A stretch of DNA of 64,000 nt from Octopus sinensis (taxonomy: Eukaryota). The first letter of the stretch is position 1. Each line of letters begins with the position of its first letter. Made by a program: the position numbers and the translations under genes. The notes beneath the pieces are model-generated. The model saw only the letters and a list, made by a program, of their open reading frames with translations, was not told the origin of the DNA and searched no databases. Location: the NCBI RefSeq assembly GCF_006345805.1, contig NC_043021.1:2790001-2854000 (forward strand), in the 5' to 3' direction. Shown here one piece after another: positions 1-13,812 of the stretch.

Positions 1-936
1 CAGACTGGAGCCTGGTGCAGCCTTCTGGCTTCCAAGACCCCGGTCGAACCGTCCAACCCATGCTAGCATGGAAAATGGACGTTAAACGATGATGATGATC
101 ATCATCATCATCCTCATTGTTTTTACATCCACTCAGGGATTTGATGAATTAGATTTTCTACAGCTGGATGCCCTTCATGTCACCAACCATTACTCGTTTC
201 CGAGCAAGGTAACGTGTCGCCATGGCTGTACAAATTTACACAGAAGGTTGGAATCGGAGGACACTACCCTTGAGTGATGGTGACACTTGTTTACGACTTA
301 TTATGCAATTTTCACGATATCGTATGATAGTCGTAAACAAATGTCACTGTCACACAAGCAGAGTCGTTTATATCCGATATTCTGCTAACCACAGATCTGG
401 CCATGGAGAAATATCACCATGCTTGGAAACGAGAGGGTTGGCAACAGGAAAGGCATCCAAACATAGAAATCTGTCTCAAGAGATTTCATCTGACCCGAGC
501 TAACATGGAGAAGTGGACATCATGGTGGTTATTTAATGCTTAAACCAGAGAGGAGAAAGTTGATGTGAAAGAGAACAAAAATCATTTGGTTATTGGTCAG
601 GATTCTTTCACAGATAGAGGACAAACGCTTGACCAGACAGACTGACAGACATGCTGACAAACCACTTGGAATAATCTAAAACCAAAAGAAAAAAATAACA
701 AACAAACAATACATTTGGATCCTTCCTCTATCCAAAATATATCTGGAAGGAAATGTAAAAGTTATCAAATTTCAAGAACCTTAAAATGAAAATACACATG
801 ACATGGAATGTGAAAATAAAAACTGTGGCCATCTTTACAGGCGTGTCTGTGGTTATGGGTTCAATCTCACTGTATGGTACCTGGGGCAAGTGTCCTCTCT
901 TTTAATGCTAGGCTGACCAATGCCTTGATGTATATA

Positions 937-1781
937 CAGGGTGAGGTGAATAAACCGTCGTCTAAATTATGCAAAAAATGAAAATAACACTGACATCCCA
1001 TTTTAACAGATATATTTACCAAAATTACATAAAAATATCTTGAAATACTTAAGAGAAAATTTATTCAATAAAATCGGCATTGGCTTCAACAACGGCCTCC
1101 AGATGACTTCAGAATCTCCTGCAACTCTTCTGGGTGGTCACCTTGTTAAGTTGGTGAATGCTGGCATAATCCTTGCCTTCAGTTCATCTTCAGTGTTACA
1201 AGGAGTTTCGTTGGTCTCTCATTCAACTGTGCCCCACAAATAATAATCAAGGGGCTTGCAGCCTGGGGAGTTAGGTGGCCAGATGTTAGGGGTGATGTGG
1301 TCACAGAAATTGTCCGACAGCCATGACTGGGTTCTCCTGCTTGTGTGGCATGGTGCAGAGTCCTGTTGCCAGACACAGGATCTTATAGCAGCCACCCTCT
1401 TGACCCAGGGCAGCACTACCTCCTCCAGGCACTTGATGTAGACCTCCATGTTGAGTCTGAGGCCATGTGGGAAGATGAATGGAGGCATAGCATTGCCAAC
1501 ACTAGTGATCACTCCAAACACCATGATGCTAACTGGATGTTTGATTTTTTATCACTCTTGATACATGTCTGCTGATTGACACCCAAACACTCTGGAAAGT
1601 TCATATTGGAGCTTCCGATGTGAATGCCAAGTAGTACAGCATGTCGTTTCCAAATTTCTGGCAGAGAAAATTGCGTCATGTTGCTGTTTTTCTCATAGAC
1701 GGTGCCCAACAGACCCTACTATACTGTGTAGTTGACAAAATCAAAAAGAAGCAATGGTGACAATTTACCCATCACACCCTG
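937..1781 (-). mobile_element. Tc1/mariner-superfamily transposon, DD37D (maT-type), internally deleted
   Basis: TA-flanked imperfect TIRs (CAGGGTG...CACCCTG); transposase remnant WQQDSAPCH...WPPNSPGCKPLDYYLW with 37 residues between the last two catalytic Asp. Confidence 0.85.
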
Positions 1782-4618
1782 TATATATATGTATGTGTAG
1801 CTTTGTGTTTGTCTCCACCTCTGCTTCATAACTGGTGTTGATCTGTTTATGTCCCTGTAACTTAACAGGTCAGCAAAAGAAACTGATAGAATATGTACAA
1901 GACTCTAAACAAACAAAAAAAAAAAACAAGTACTGGGATTGATTTGTTTGACTAAAACCGCTTCAAGGCAGTGCCCCAGCATGGCCAAGGTCCAATCACT
2001 GAAACAAGTGTAAAATAAAAGATAATTACCAGAGAATTTGACAGAAAAATAACATTGAACAAAAGCCATCCAAGGGCTCACCATTTTACACACGATTCAG
2101 ATAATATTCCGACGAGATACAGCAAACATACAACCATGGTGCAGAAATTGGTGCTGGTGCCAAGCTAGTCTAGACATAACCATCAAGAATTATGAACTTA
2201 ACGAGTGGGTGGTGGTGGTGTTGATTTAGAAATTGCTAACGAAAGGGCACTGAAATTAATTAACTTTGGTGAAGCAGGCAGTGCACCTATCCAAGAAATC
2301 AAACTATTTTGGAAAGGGTTAAATAATTGTGAAAAAGTCCTAATTTCCCAGGTGTATAACAAGGAGGCAACTGGGTTCCACACCTGGTTGTGGATTAAGT
2401 AATGAATGTTTTCCAGCAGGAATTGCCATGTGGTTGGGAAGTTTGCTTCTCAGTGAGGTACGGCTTCAGTTTCAGTCCTACTGCATGGCAGTTTGGGCAA
2501 ATGTTTTCTACTATGTAATATAATGTTCATCGGTCATTGTAGACAATAACCTATTTCGTCATGACCCACAAGGGGCTAAACACAGAGAGGACAAACAAGG
2601 ACAAATGGATTAAGTCGATTACATCGACCCCAGTGTGTAAACTGGTGCTTAATTTATCGACCCCGAAAGGACGAAAGGCAAAGTCGACCTCGGCGGAATT
2701 TGAATCCAGACGTAACCGCAGACGAAATACCACTAAGCATTTTGTCCAGCGTGCTAACATTTCTGCCAGCTCGCCGGGACATTGTATGGGAGAAGAAACG
2801 TCATGGTGCATCAGGCTATGACCAATTAGGCTGATGCCTGCCTGGAAGCTTCTGCTGTAGTTTGGGCACTGGCTGTCTGCTGGAAATTGCAGTGGGTTTG
2901 GTAGATCGAAACTGAGAGAAGCTTATAATACGAATGTATATGTATGTCTCCCCTTGTCTTGACATCACTGTCATACAAGCAGGTCATTCATTTCCAATCA
3001 TCATCATCATCATTTAGTGTCCGCTTTCCATGCTAGCATGGGTTGGACGGGTCAACTGGGGTCTGGGAAGCCAGAAGGCTGCACCAGGCCCAGTCTGATC
3101 TGGCAATGTTTCTACGGCTGGATGCCCTTCCTAACGCCAACCACTCCATGAGTGTAATGGGTGCTTTTTACGTGCCAGACGAGGCTGGCAAACGGCCACG
3201 ATCGGATGGTGCTTTTTACGTGCCACTGGCACGGAGGCCAGGTGAGGCTGGCAATGGCCACGATCGGATGGTGCTTTTTACGTGCCACTGGCAATATTCT
3301 ACAAAACTATGTCTGGCCGTGGGAAAATATTACCTTGCTTCGAAACTGGTGAAGATCGACAACAGGAAGGGCATCTGGCCATAGGATACTTCCTCAGCAA
3401 ATTCCATCCAACCCATGTGAGCATGGAAAAGTGGACATTAAAACAATGATGAAGACAATGCATGAACGTAGACAGTCATACACCATTTTGAAGTTAGCGA
3501 CAGAGGAGAGTTTGGCACAGCCAGGTGTTTCAAAAGTCATCAAGAATCAGCTGTTAGTGCTTTATTACCATTCCAAGAATTTGTGGTTCTATATGTAGAG
3601 CATAAAAACTGGGTTCTTCTCACATTTTATTACTGCAGTGCATAAATAACAGTAAGATGGCCTCGGACTTTCTACTGATTAGGTGAAGAAAACACGACTA
3701 AATTCTGGTCAACACACCTGCTCACTCAGGTGGTCCCCAGCTGGTCAGTAGTTGCAGTAGAATAAGGTTTGTGTTCTTACCACTCAGTGTTATCTCCAAT
3801 GTTAGATCCAATTTAGCGAAGGTTTGATTGTAGCCTGCAAGAGATTCTTATATCAACAAAGATACTGGACAAAGTTCTTGAGATGACAGAAGAGGACAAT
3901 CTTAGGAAAGTCACACAAAGACACGGAACTCTATGTAATAGCAAACACTACAGCCTCAAAATATTCAATACAGGAGATTCATCAAAGGAACTGAAGAATG
4001 CCTTCATAGTAAATGCTTGGTAGAGAAAAAAATAAAAACTAATGTATATAGGGAGAATATGGTTTTGAAGGATTCAAGAATTTTCATCATATGAAACTCA
4101 TTTCACAGAAAATGGTTCCAAGACAAAGCAGGGGTTCTCAACAGGGCCATGGAGCCAGAGTTGGTAAAGTTAAAACAATGATGAAGACGATGCATGAACG
4201 TAGACAGTCATACACCATTTTGAAGTTATCTTTATTCTTTAATATAAACCAGGAGACATGGGTAGAAGTGGTAACAAATGGTCTCAGGATATTGAAGAGA
4301 TGACCCAAGAATTACAGCAGATGGAAAGATATCCTGGAAAAGATTCGAACATGCAAGCTGGGGGTGGAGAGAGGAATGAGTAAATTATGATGTTATATTT
4401 GTTTTATAGTTTTATAGTATTTTCTGTAATTTTATTAGTTTATCGCGGCCAGAGTAATGTGTGTGTGCGTATTATATGAGAAACCATTATATATATAGAT
4501 ATATATATATATATATATAAGTTCAGCAAAATTTAGATTCAGATGAATATGGTACTTAAATTAAAGGCACCAGAATTTTGTATGGTATTATCCATATAAA
4601 TCAAATGGGGTGATTATA

Positions 4619-4810
4619 ATCAAAATAAGCAACAAGGATATCCAAGGTAGTGTAGTACAATTGTTTCATGCTACTCCATTTTATTAAACCTGTGGGTGAA
4701 GATTGCTCTAAATTTTAAAACTGATGTAATACTTACAGTGTTTAATAAAATGAAGTAGCATGAAACAATTGTACTACACTACCTTGGATATCCTTGTTGC
4801 TTATTTTGAT
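4619..4810. repeat. Fold-back inverted repeat (~75-bp arms) next to (TA)n
   Basis: atcaaaataagcaacaaggatatccaaggtag... recurs as a near-perfect reverse complement ending ...ttgttgcttattttgat. Confidence 0.9.
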
Positions 4811-4829
4811 ATATATATATATATATATA

Positions 4830-5028
4830 TACATACATACACACACACACAGAGGTGAGTATATAAATCCAAAACAAGGTGAAAAAATAGTGCTCAATAT
4901 CAAAGGTAGAGTGACATATTTTTTATTAAAGCTGTAAAATTATCGCAGAATTGTTACTCTGAGTTTTTCGAGTCCCATCCGACCAACTGATTAACAGTTC
5001 TGATAATTTTGCAGCTTTAATAAAAATC

Positions 5029-5059
<31 letters not shown>

Positions 5060-5249
5060 CATACACACACACACAGAGGTGAGTATATAAATCCAAAACA
5101 AGGTGAAAAAATAGTGCTCAATATCAAAGGTAGAGTGACATATTTTTTATTAAAGCTGTAAAATTATCGCAGAATTGTTACTCTGAGTTTTTCGAGTCCC
5201 ATCCGACCAACTGATTAACAGTTCTGATAATTTTGCAGCTTTAATAAAA

Positions 5250-5252
<3 letters not shown>
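4830..5252. repeat. Tandem duplication of a ~225-bp unit containing a short hairpin
   Basis: cagaggtgagtatataaatcc...gctttaataaaaatca occurs twice, separated by (TA)n/(CA)n. Confidence 0.85.
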
Positions 5253-5291
<39 letters not shown>

Positions 5292-5618
5292 ACTCTCTTG
5301 TTGAAGATGACGTGTGAGTAGTGTTCGAATTTTTCCGAACGGACTGCACAAATGATTTGTTTATAGCGATTAAAATGTATGTGCTGTACACTTTCTCCGT
5401 CACTTTCTCCATCAAATCGACGTTGCCTGAAAAGGGTACAGCATCCAAACCACTACGCTGTGTGCCCTATACTTAATACATACGTAACAGTTTGACTCAG
5501 CCCTCATGTGACCAAAGTTTCGTGGGCGCCTAAGACGAACCCATCTCTCGATATTTTACGACGGGTTCGTCATGCACACCGAAGCTGAGTCAAACTATTA
5601 TCAATATACACATTGTAT

Positions 5619-6035
5619 AGGCGCAGGAGTGGCTGTGTGGTAAGTAGCTTGTTTACCAACCACATGGTTCCGGGTTCAGTCCCCCTGCATGGCACCTTGG
5701 GCAAGTGTCTTCTACTATAGCCTCGGGCTGCCCAAAGCCTTGTGAGTGGATTTCGTAGACGGAAACTGAAAGAAGCCCGTCGTATATATGTATATGTATA
5801 TATATATGCGTGTGTGTTTGTGTGTCTGTGTTTGTCTCCCTAGCATTGCTTGACAACCGCTGCTGGTGTGTTTATGTCCCCGTTACTTAGCGGTTCGGCA
5901 AAAGAGAACGATAGAACAAGTACTGGGCTTACAAAAGAATAAGTCCCGGGGTCGAGTTGCTCGATTAAAGGCGGTGCTCCAGCATGGCCGCAGTCAAAAT
6001 GACTGAAACAAGTAAAAGAGTAAAGAGTAAAGAGT
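5619..6035 (+). mobile_element. tRNA-headed SINE family A (representative copy)
   Basis: ggcgcaggagtggctgtgtggtaag...ggttcagtccc (A/B-box-like), central (TA)/(TG) tract, tail gactgaaacaagtaaaagag. Further copies near 12712-13113(-), 16880-17277(-), 17746-18350(+), 27167-27598(+), 31028-31422(+), 36135-36543(-), 39869-40275(+), 44530-45645(-), 47652-48040(+), 55006-55430(+). Confidence 0.9.
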
Positions 6036-6348
6036 ATTGTACACATCAACCTTGTTAGCATCGGTTAATTCAAACAATAGGCTAAAATGGAGATTCTTTC
6101 TTTGTATTATGCGTTAGTACGGTTTAACGGGGGGGGGGCGGGGTTCGCTGTGTATAAAGAAAATTTACAAAAGGTAAAAAAAAAAATAGAAAAAAAAAAA
6201 CTGTGTATCGTCTCCGCAGCAACAGTTGAAAAAGCAACGTATGTCCACTGTCTGATCACATGCGGATGACAAACGAAGGTAGAATATATATTTATTATCT
6301 ATTTACATACATGTCAGATAATAAATTTGAAACAGACAGGTGTGTGTG

Positions 6349-6395
<47 letters not shown>

Positions 6396-7153
6396 AACGG
6401 GGGTGGGGGTGAATAAACCCCACCCACCCATTAAATGACTCAATACTAAAGTATTACAATAATGACTATTCGTTCGTATCGATAGCATGTTTTGATTTTT
6501 TTTTCTTTCAGTTTACTATTTGTGTTGCTATCGATCTACCTCTCTCTCTCTCTTCCTTTAACACGACACACATATACAGTTCAAAAACAGTAAGTAGGAT
6601 AAATAAATATGCGAAGCTGTATTTGTCGATTTACAATAAATCAGCACACACACACACACACACACACAGACAATAAATGTATGTGTGAGCATTTTCTGTG
6701 TATATATATCGAACTATAGTATTTTATATTATTATCATTATTATTATTATTATTATGACACCATGCGGTGTCAATATTACTACCTGCGACTCTAATAATA
6801 ATATATAAATGCGTGTATGTGCGTGCTTATTCCGTTAGACAGACAGGTACGCAGACAAGAGACTGAAGTAAATTGTGAATAATATAATATGTAAGTGAAA
6901 TAAATCTTTTAAAAATATTATGATTGTCTTGCTAAAAATAAAGGTTTTGAATAAGATTATGTTAAAAAAAAGAAAATTAAAATAATTTTGCCAATGTGCT
7001 TTTCCAAACAAATTCATAATTTATACACACACACACTCAGAAAAATGTAACCAGGGTTTAGTTTTATCTTCAAAAAAGCCCAACCAAATGATTCCAGCAA
7101 CTTCAGGACTATAATTGATATGTTAGAATTCCAAGAGAGGCATTAGGCCAGAG

Positions 7154-7372
7154 CAGTGCTTTTCAAACTTTTTGCTGGAGCGGAACCCCAAGGAAACATT
7201 CCACTGGCTCGAGGAACCCCAGTGCAATAATTTAATAGTCTTATGCACACATATCTGCACAGGAGAATTAAAAATTACTGCCGATTTTAGCAGTTTTGTA
7301 ACTTCTTGCGGAACCCCTGGACTGTACTGGCGGAACCCTAAGGTTCCGAGGAACCCTGGTTAAAAGCTACTG
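7154..7372. mobile_element. hAT-type MITE
   Basis: CAGTG...TACTG termini; 8-bp TSD GGCCAGAG/GTCCAGAG; second copy at 39324-39524. Confidence 0.85.
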
Positions 7373-8966
7373 GTCCAGAGGTTGTTTGGCATTTTTTTTT
7401 TTGACACACGCCAGTTTCACTTCGATATTAGAAATTGTAAGAAATATATCGAAATATAATTACTATTCGTTACTTTCCCGTCGTAATTATACAGAGAGCT
7501 TGATTCGTTTTGAGACTGTGTGTGGTTAATCAATTATTCCCCGCCAGTTTATTGTACCAGTGAACATTCCAAAGGTAGGCGTGTACCTGATACCCTTGCA
7601 GGTAAACACACAAACGTGGGAAATCTAATGACAAATTGCATCGTAGAGGGAGCGAGAGAAAAAAAATCAATTAAATAAAGCTTTAGAAAATAATTATCGA
7701 AGCAGTACTTGACTGGTACTTTATTTTATCGACCACGGAGGGACGAAAGTAAAAAGTTGACCTCGACGTATTTCAACCCTTTATGTTCCGAGTTCAAATT
7801 CGATCGAAGTAAACTTAGCCTTTCGTCCTTTCGAGATCGATAAAATAAAGTATTAAAGTACCAGTCAAGTATTTTGACCCGTGTAATCGACAAAGACACT
7901 CTCTTCAAAATTGCTGGCCTTGGGTTTGCCTAAATCAGAAAATATTTTCTCTCGGCTTTACACGTTCTAGGTTCAATTCCTGCCGGGGCCAACGTCGCTT
8001 TTCAATCTTTGAGGGTTGATAAAGTATTAAAGCACCAGTCAAGTACAGGGGGTCAGTGATTATTTTAGTTTCTAGACTTTATTTAACTGATGTAATCAAC
8101 TCGTGTCCGCCCTCAAATTGCTACTCTCGTGTGTAGCGAGCCAGTTATTATGACTATTGTCACGAGAAGATGTCACGCTTCTAACAAAGGACATCCATTA
8201 GCGTGCGTGTGTTTGTGTGTATGTATACATACATACATATGTGTTCGTGTGTGTGTGTATATATAATATGCCCAATGACACGAATACATACACACAAATA
8301 TACATATATATTTCTTTACTACCCACAAGGGGCTAAACACAGAGGGGACAAACAAGGACAGACAAACGGATTAAGTCGATTACATCGACCCCAGTGCGTA
8401 ACTGGTACTTAATTTATCGACCCTGAAAGGATGAAAGGCAAAGTCGACCTCAGCGATATCGTAAGGAAACATTGGGGGGTCAAATGTAATCGACCGTCCG
8501 TCCCCACCCACTCGAAATTTCAGGCCTAGGAGCTTATAGTAAAAAAAGGATTATTATTATTATTATTATTATTAATCAAATAATGTTTATACCTAATTTT
8601 TTTTTGTTTTTAGAGACTTCGAAATGTTAAAAAAAAAGAGAAAATAAATATTACGATAAAAAGCAATTAGGGACGGTATATCATTTAATGGTAATTAAGT
8701 CTCTCCGGCGAATTTGCTCCGGATCTGCATTCTGTCCTCATCGTTCGTCATAAACATTGCAAACAATAAATATACAAGGAATAAATTCGGTTTCAATTTC
8801 TCTTTTTTCCGTTGTAAAAATAAAACAAGGTTTGTTTCCTCGGTTGAAAAAACAACCTGGATATAAATGACATTAATTAACGAGGATTGTATAAAGGATA
8901 ATAAGGAAGTTATATAATAAATAGATACAGTAAACAGGGGACAACGATTCCATGTTTTGTAGGTGC

Positions 8967-9006
<40 letters not shown>

Positions 9007-9294
9007 ATACGTACACACACACAAACATATATATATATACGTACGCACACACAAACATATATATATATATTATATATATATATATTATATATATATACGT
9101 ACGCACACACAAACATATATATATATATATATGGTATTTTAATGTGTAAAAGGAACCCTTTTTTGTCAAAGATCAAGGGAAAAAATGGGTGTTTCTTATA
9201 CATGGATAGCATTTAGTCCTTACAAAACTTTTTTTCCAAATTCTAAGTGCAAGAAAATCCAGGTAGTTCCTTACACACGTTAAAATACACCTAT

Positions 9295-9780
9295 ATATAT
9301 ATACATATATATATACATACATATATACATATTTACATATATATATACATATTTACATATATATATATATACATACATACATACATATATATATACATAC
9401 ATACATACATATATATATACATACATACATACATACACACACACATACATGCATACGTACATACATACATGCATACGTACATACATACATACATACATAT
9501 ACATACATACATACATACATATACATACATACATACATACATACATATACATATACATACATACATATACATACATACATACATATACATACATACATAC
9601 ATACATATACATACATACATACATATACATACATGCATACATATACATACATGCATGCATACATACATATACATACATACATACATACATACATACATAA
9701 CATACATACATACATACATATACATACATACATACATATACATACATACATACATACATACATATGCATGTATGTATATT
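9295..9780. repeat. (ACAT)n/(AT)n compound microsatellite
   Basis: Directly visible; source of the spurious HTYI/VCMY ORFs. Confidence 0.95.
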
Positions 9781-10340
9781 GTTTTGGTGGAGTCAGTCGC
9801 CTGAGAAGTAAAGACTTGAGACCAAAACAAAAATACATTATTATTAATATATACTACAGGCATTGTGTATATAAACCACGGCATTTCTTCCTATAGCCAA
9901 CGCTAAACGGGTGCAGAATGCATATATACATACATACATGTATACACACAGAGGTGTGTATATAGAAGTGATAGTGATGATACTCACATGAGGTAGGACC
10001 GTTTCCTGCATGACTTACGGCTGTATATTGGTTACGAAACGAGCATAAACGCATCTGTTGCACAAGTCTGGCAAGGAGATGACAAATGCAGAATGTAAAA
10101 CATCCAATTAAAAGTAAAGGGGGGAGAAACACGAAGAGAAACAAGAAAAATATAATAAACGAGAGAGAAAGAAACACAGCAGGAAGGAAGAAGGACCGAT
10201 GGATTAGATGTCGTCACCAGACATTACGTCTGACGTTAGTTGCCTCCCCTTGCATTAGGAACTCTTTTGTCTGCGAAATCGATATATGTAGAGTGACTTG
10301 AGACTAATTTATGGTCTTATTTTGAGTGCGACACACGCCA

Positions 10341-10640
10341 GAGTGTTGGATAGTGGAGAGTAACTTACTAGAGTGTTGGATAGTGGAGTGTTAAATAGTG
10401 GAGTGTGATATACTGGAGAGTAACTTACTAGAGTGTTGGATACTGGAGTGTGATATACTGGAGAGTAACTTACTAGAGTGTTGGATACTGGAGTTTAACT
10501 TACTGGACTGTTGGATAGTGGAGTACTTTATACAGGAGTGTGGATACTCAAGTATAACATACTGGAGTGTGACACACTGGAGTGTGACACACTGGAGTGT
10601 TGGCTATTGCAGTGTGACATGCTGGAGTGTGATATACTAG
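10341..10640. repeat. 15-bp minisatellite (~20 units)
   Basis: Units such as gagtgttggatagtg, gagagtaacttacta and gagtgtgatatactg in tandem. Confidence 0.85.
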
Positions 10641-10869
10641 ACCTTGCACTGCTGTTATTTAACATGAATCTACCCCTAGTTATTTTTTAACGACCACCAG
10701 CCTCTAGATTGAAGTACCATGGCAAAGAGCTTCTCTAGATCAACAAATGCTAGGTAGAGAGGTGAATTCCCAGTTTTTTTTGCAGTTGTCTCATTATGAA
10801 AAGAACATTGGTATTATACAGAGCTAGGCACACATCTAAACTAGATCTCATGCACACTGATTATCTTAT

Positions 10870-11255
10870 TAATCATCATCATCGTTTAGCATCCGCTTTC
10901 CATGCTAGCATGGGTTGGACGGTTCAACTGGGGTCTGGGAAACCAGAAGGCTGCACCAGGTCCAGTTTGATCTGGCAATGTTTCTATGGCCGGATGCCCT
11001 TCCTAACACCAACCACTCCGTGAGTGTAGTGGGTGCTTTTTACGTTCCACCAGCACAGGTGCCAGACGGAGCTGGCAAACGGCCACGATCGGATGGTGCT
11101 TTTTACGTGCCACCGGCACAGGGGCCAGGCAAGGCTGGCAAACAGCCACGAAAGGATGGTGCTTTTTACGTGCCACCTGCACAGGTGCCAGGCGAGGGTG
11201 GCAAATGGCCACGATCGGATGGTGCTTTTTACGTGCCACTGGCACGGGGTCCACA
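10870..11255 (-). mobile_element. Short retroposon family D with (GAT)n tail and ~63-bp internal tandem units (representative copy)
   Basis: Core ggttggcgttaggaagggcatccagc...ccaacccatgctagcatggaaa...(gat)n recurs in both orientations near 1-100, 3000-3290, 12040-12360, 17925-18100, 24600-24810, 36850-37035, 38670-38845, 45930-46280, 47300-47460, 56060-56465. Confidence 0.85.
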
Positions 11256-11404
11256 ATTAATCTATTGTGTTAATAGTCATTCAATTACTTTTATACCTTT
11301 GTGCATCAGATTGATATTTCTGTACTTGGCTCTGTCTAAAACATCTCTTTGCCTTTTTAGTTGGTTATGTGGCATTCCATCTAACATGACTCCATTCAGA
11401 AGGC

Positions 11405-11965
11405 TGTAATCTCATTTGGTAGTAAACCTGGTATAAAGAAACACATGGAACAAAAGTGATAACTTTAAATACGTTTATTGTGGCCACATGTATATATACA
11501 CAACTGAATGATAAATAGAAGTGGTTCATGTATATTTAGTCATATATCTACATGCATCTGCATGGGTTGTATGTTAGCGGTTAACCCTGGTGAGGAAAGC
11601 TCATGAACAGCAATATATTAGAACCAGTGCAGTGTGTTGGTGCTGTGTAGATGTTGTTGATGATGTTGGTGAGAGACATCATGGTGATGGCGGTTGCCGT
11701 AATGTGGCCAGTGGTGAGATCTTAGAAACTCTGGAACCAACAGGCGTTGAGACTAGAAGGAAGTAAGCTTTTATAGCTGACAGTAGGCTTAACTGCTGTT
11801 TGGAACAGACTGTCTCACGTGACTTATTTGGAGGTTGTGATTAACTGGGTTGCATATTGGTGCACGATAGAGCAAGAGACAAATTGCGCCAATACCAACC
11901 AAATGGAGTGGTAGACACAAACGGGGTCCAAAACAACCGCCAAAGGTTAGCTGTTACCTGCTACG
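11405..11965 (-). mobile_element. Possible solo LTR
   Basis: Minus strand runs CGTAGCAGG...TATAAAA...AATAAA...GATTACA, i.e. a TG...CA-like frame (first base mismatched) with TATA and polyA signals; no TSD or PBS found. Confidence 0.35.
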
Positions 11966-12671
11966 TTTGTATGTACTTATATATAATAGAGAGAGGAAGT
12001 TCACTAGAGTTCGCTACACTTTCATAACAATTAACAATGTTGCCAGCGCCGCCTCGACTGGCTTCTGTGCCGGTGGCACGTAAAAAGCACCATCAGAACG
12101 TGGCCAATGCACCAACCAATCGGGGCCGCTGCCAGACTCCCCTGGCACCTGTGCAGGTGGCACGTAAAAAGCACCCACTACACTCACGGAGTGGTTGGCG
12201 TTAGGAAGGGCATCCAGCTGTAGAAACTCTGCCAGATCAGACTGGAGCCTGGTGCAGCCAGCTGGCTTCCCAGACCCCGGTCGAACCGTCCAACCCATGC
12301 TAGCATGGAGAACGGACGTTAAACGATGATAATGATGATGATGATGATGATGATGATGATTGCTTAGCCAGGCATTGGGTATGACACCTCCTTGTATGAT
12401 CTGGTTGACTATGCAAGGCAATGAGCTGGCAGAGTCTTTAGCATGCCAGACAAGATGCTTTCACCAGATATTTTTAGCATCCGAACACCTATATGTGTAT
12501 GAATGTGTATGCATATATAAAAGCATGTATATATGTATGCTTGTGAATATAGGTGTGAACATAATGTGTGTGTGTAAGTAGATGTATGCTTTTGTATGAG
12601 TATATATATATATGAAACCATCTTACCCATGCTAGCATGGAAAAGAGATGCTAAATGTGATGATGATGATA

Positions 12672-12711
<40 letters not shown>

Positions 12712-13112
12712 TCTTTTACTTGTTTCAGTCATTTGACTGTGGCCATGCTGGATCACCGCCTTTAGTCGAGCAAATCGACACCAGGTCTTATTCTTTGTAA
12801 GCCTAGTACTTATTCCATTGGCCTCTTTTGCCAAACCACAAAAGTTACAGGGACGTAAACACACCAGCATCGGTTGTCAAGCGATGTTGGGGGGACAAAC
12901 ACAGGCACACAAACACACACACACATATATATATATATATACATATATACGATGGGCTTCTTCCAGTTTCCGTCTGCCAAATCCACTCACAAGGCTCTGG
13001 TCAGCCCGAGGCTATAGTAGAAGACACTTGCCCAAGGTGCCACGCCGTGGGACTGAACCCGCATCCATGTGGTTGGTAAGCAAGCTACTTACCACACAGC
13101 CACTCCTACGCC

Positions 13113-13150
<38 letters not shown>

Positions 13151-13209
13151 ATATATATAATATATATATATATGTATGTATGTGTGTGTGGATATATATA
13201 AGCGTGTGT

Positions 13210-13780
13210 GGTGTAATGGGGGTGTCCATAAGATGATATCGACTAAGGCTCCCTCATTCTGGTAATAGAAGCCTTGCACAGCACAGATGTCTGCAACCTG
13301 AGAGGATTGTATATATTAGACATCTTAAGAAAAGCTTAAGAAGGATCTTATATGCACCCTTAGTTCTGATGGATTCAAGATTACAATTGAGACCAGTCTT
13401 ACCATTGTCAACCTTTTTAGAAGTTACGTTGGACCTGGGCACTTCAAACAAGCACTACTGCAACCCACATGAAAGGCTGTCATACATTAACACAACTTAC
13501 AGCCACCCACTTGCCATGATCAACAACCTAGTGAAGGGTTTCCACATGAGGATTTCAAACCTCTCCTTCAGTCAATAAATTTTCGATACTGCAGCCAATA
13601 TTACAAGGCTTTGGCATCCAGTGGATTCAAGGACCGCATCTCCTATGCACTGGACCTTAGTATTCACAAAAAAAAAGTGCCACTGTAAAGTCATTTGGTT
13701 TGTCCCACCCTTCTCGCTCAACGTCAAGACTTGTGAGGGAAGGACATTGCTTGGGTTAGTGGACAAACACTTCACACAGA
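13210..13780 (+). pseudogene. Penelope-like element reverse transcriptase fragment
   Basis: Frameshifted translation FKITIETSLTIVN-FLEVTLDLG...LSYINTTYSHP...RISNLSFS...VIWFVPPFSLNVKT...LVDKHF matches Penelope-type RT thumb/linker motifs. Confidence 0.75.
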
Positions 13781-13812
13781 TGTGGGTATTTGTTTAATAG
13801 ATATGACTTAAG

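Noticed and set aside
2198-2402. Overlapping short ORFs in unique sequence
   Set aside because: No recognisable motif and no partner exons could be linked.
5653-6061. Recurrent ORFs MSSNAR...EDTCPRCH and MDGSTGVWE...LDALPNANH that look like a gene family
   Set aside because: They are translations of SINE/retroposon copies and vary freely in frame between copies.
8873-9896. Long ORFs rich in HTYI/VCMY (also 21727-23221 and 59328-60972)
   Set aside because: Translations of stop-free microsatellites.
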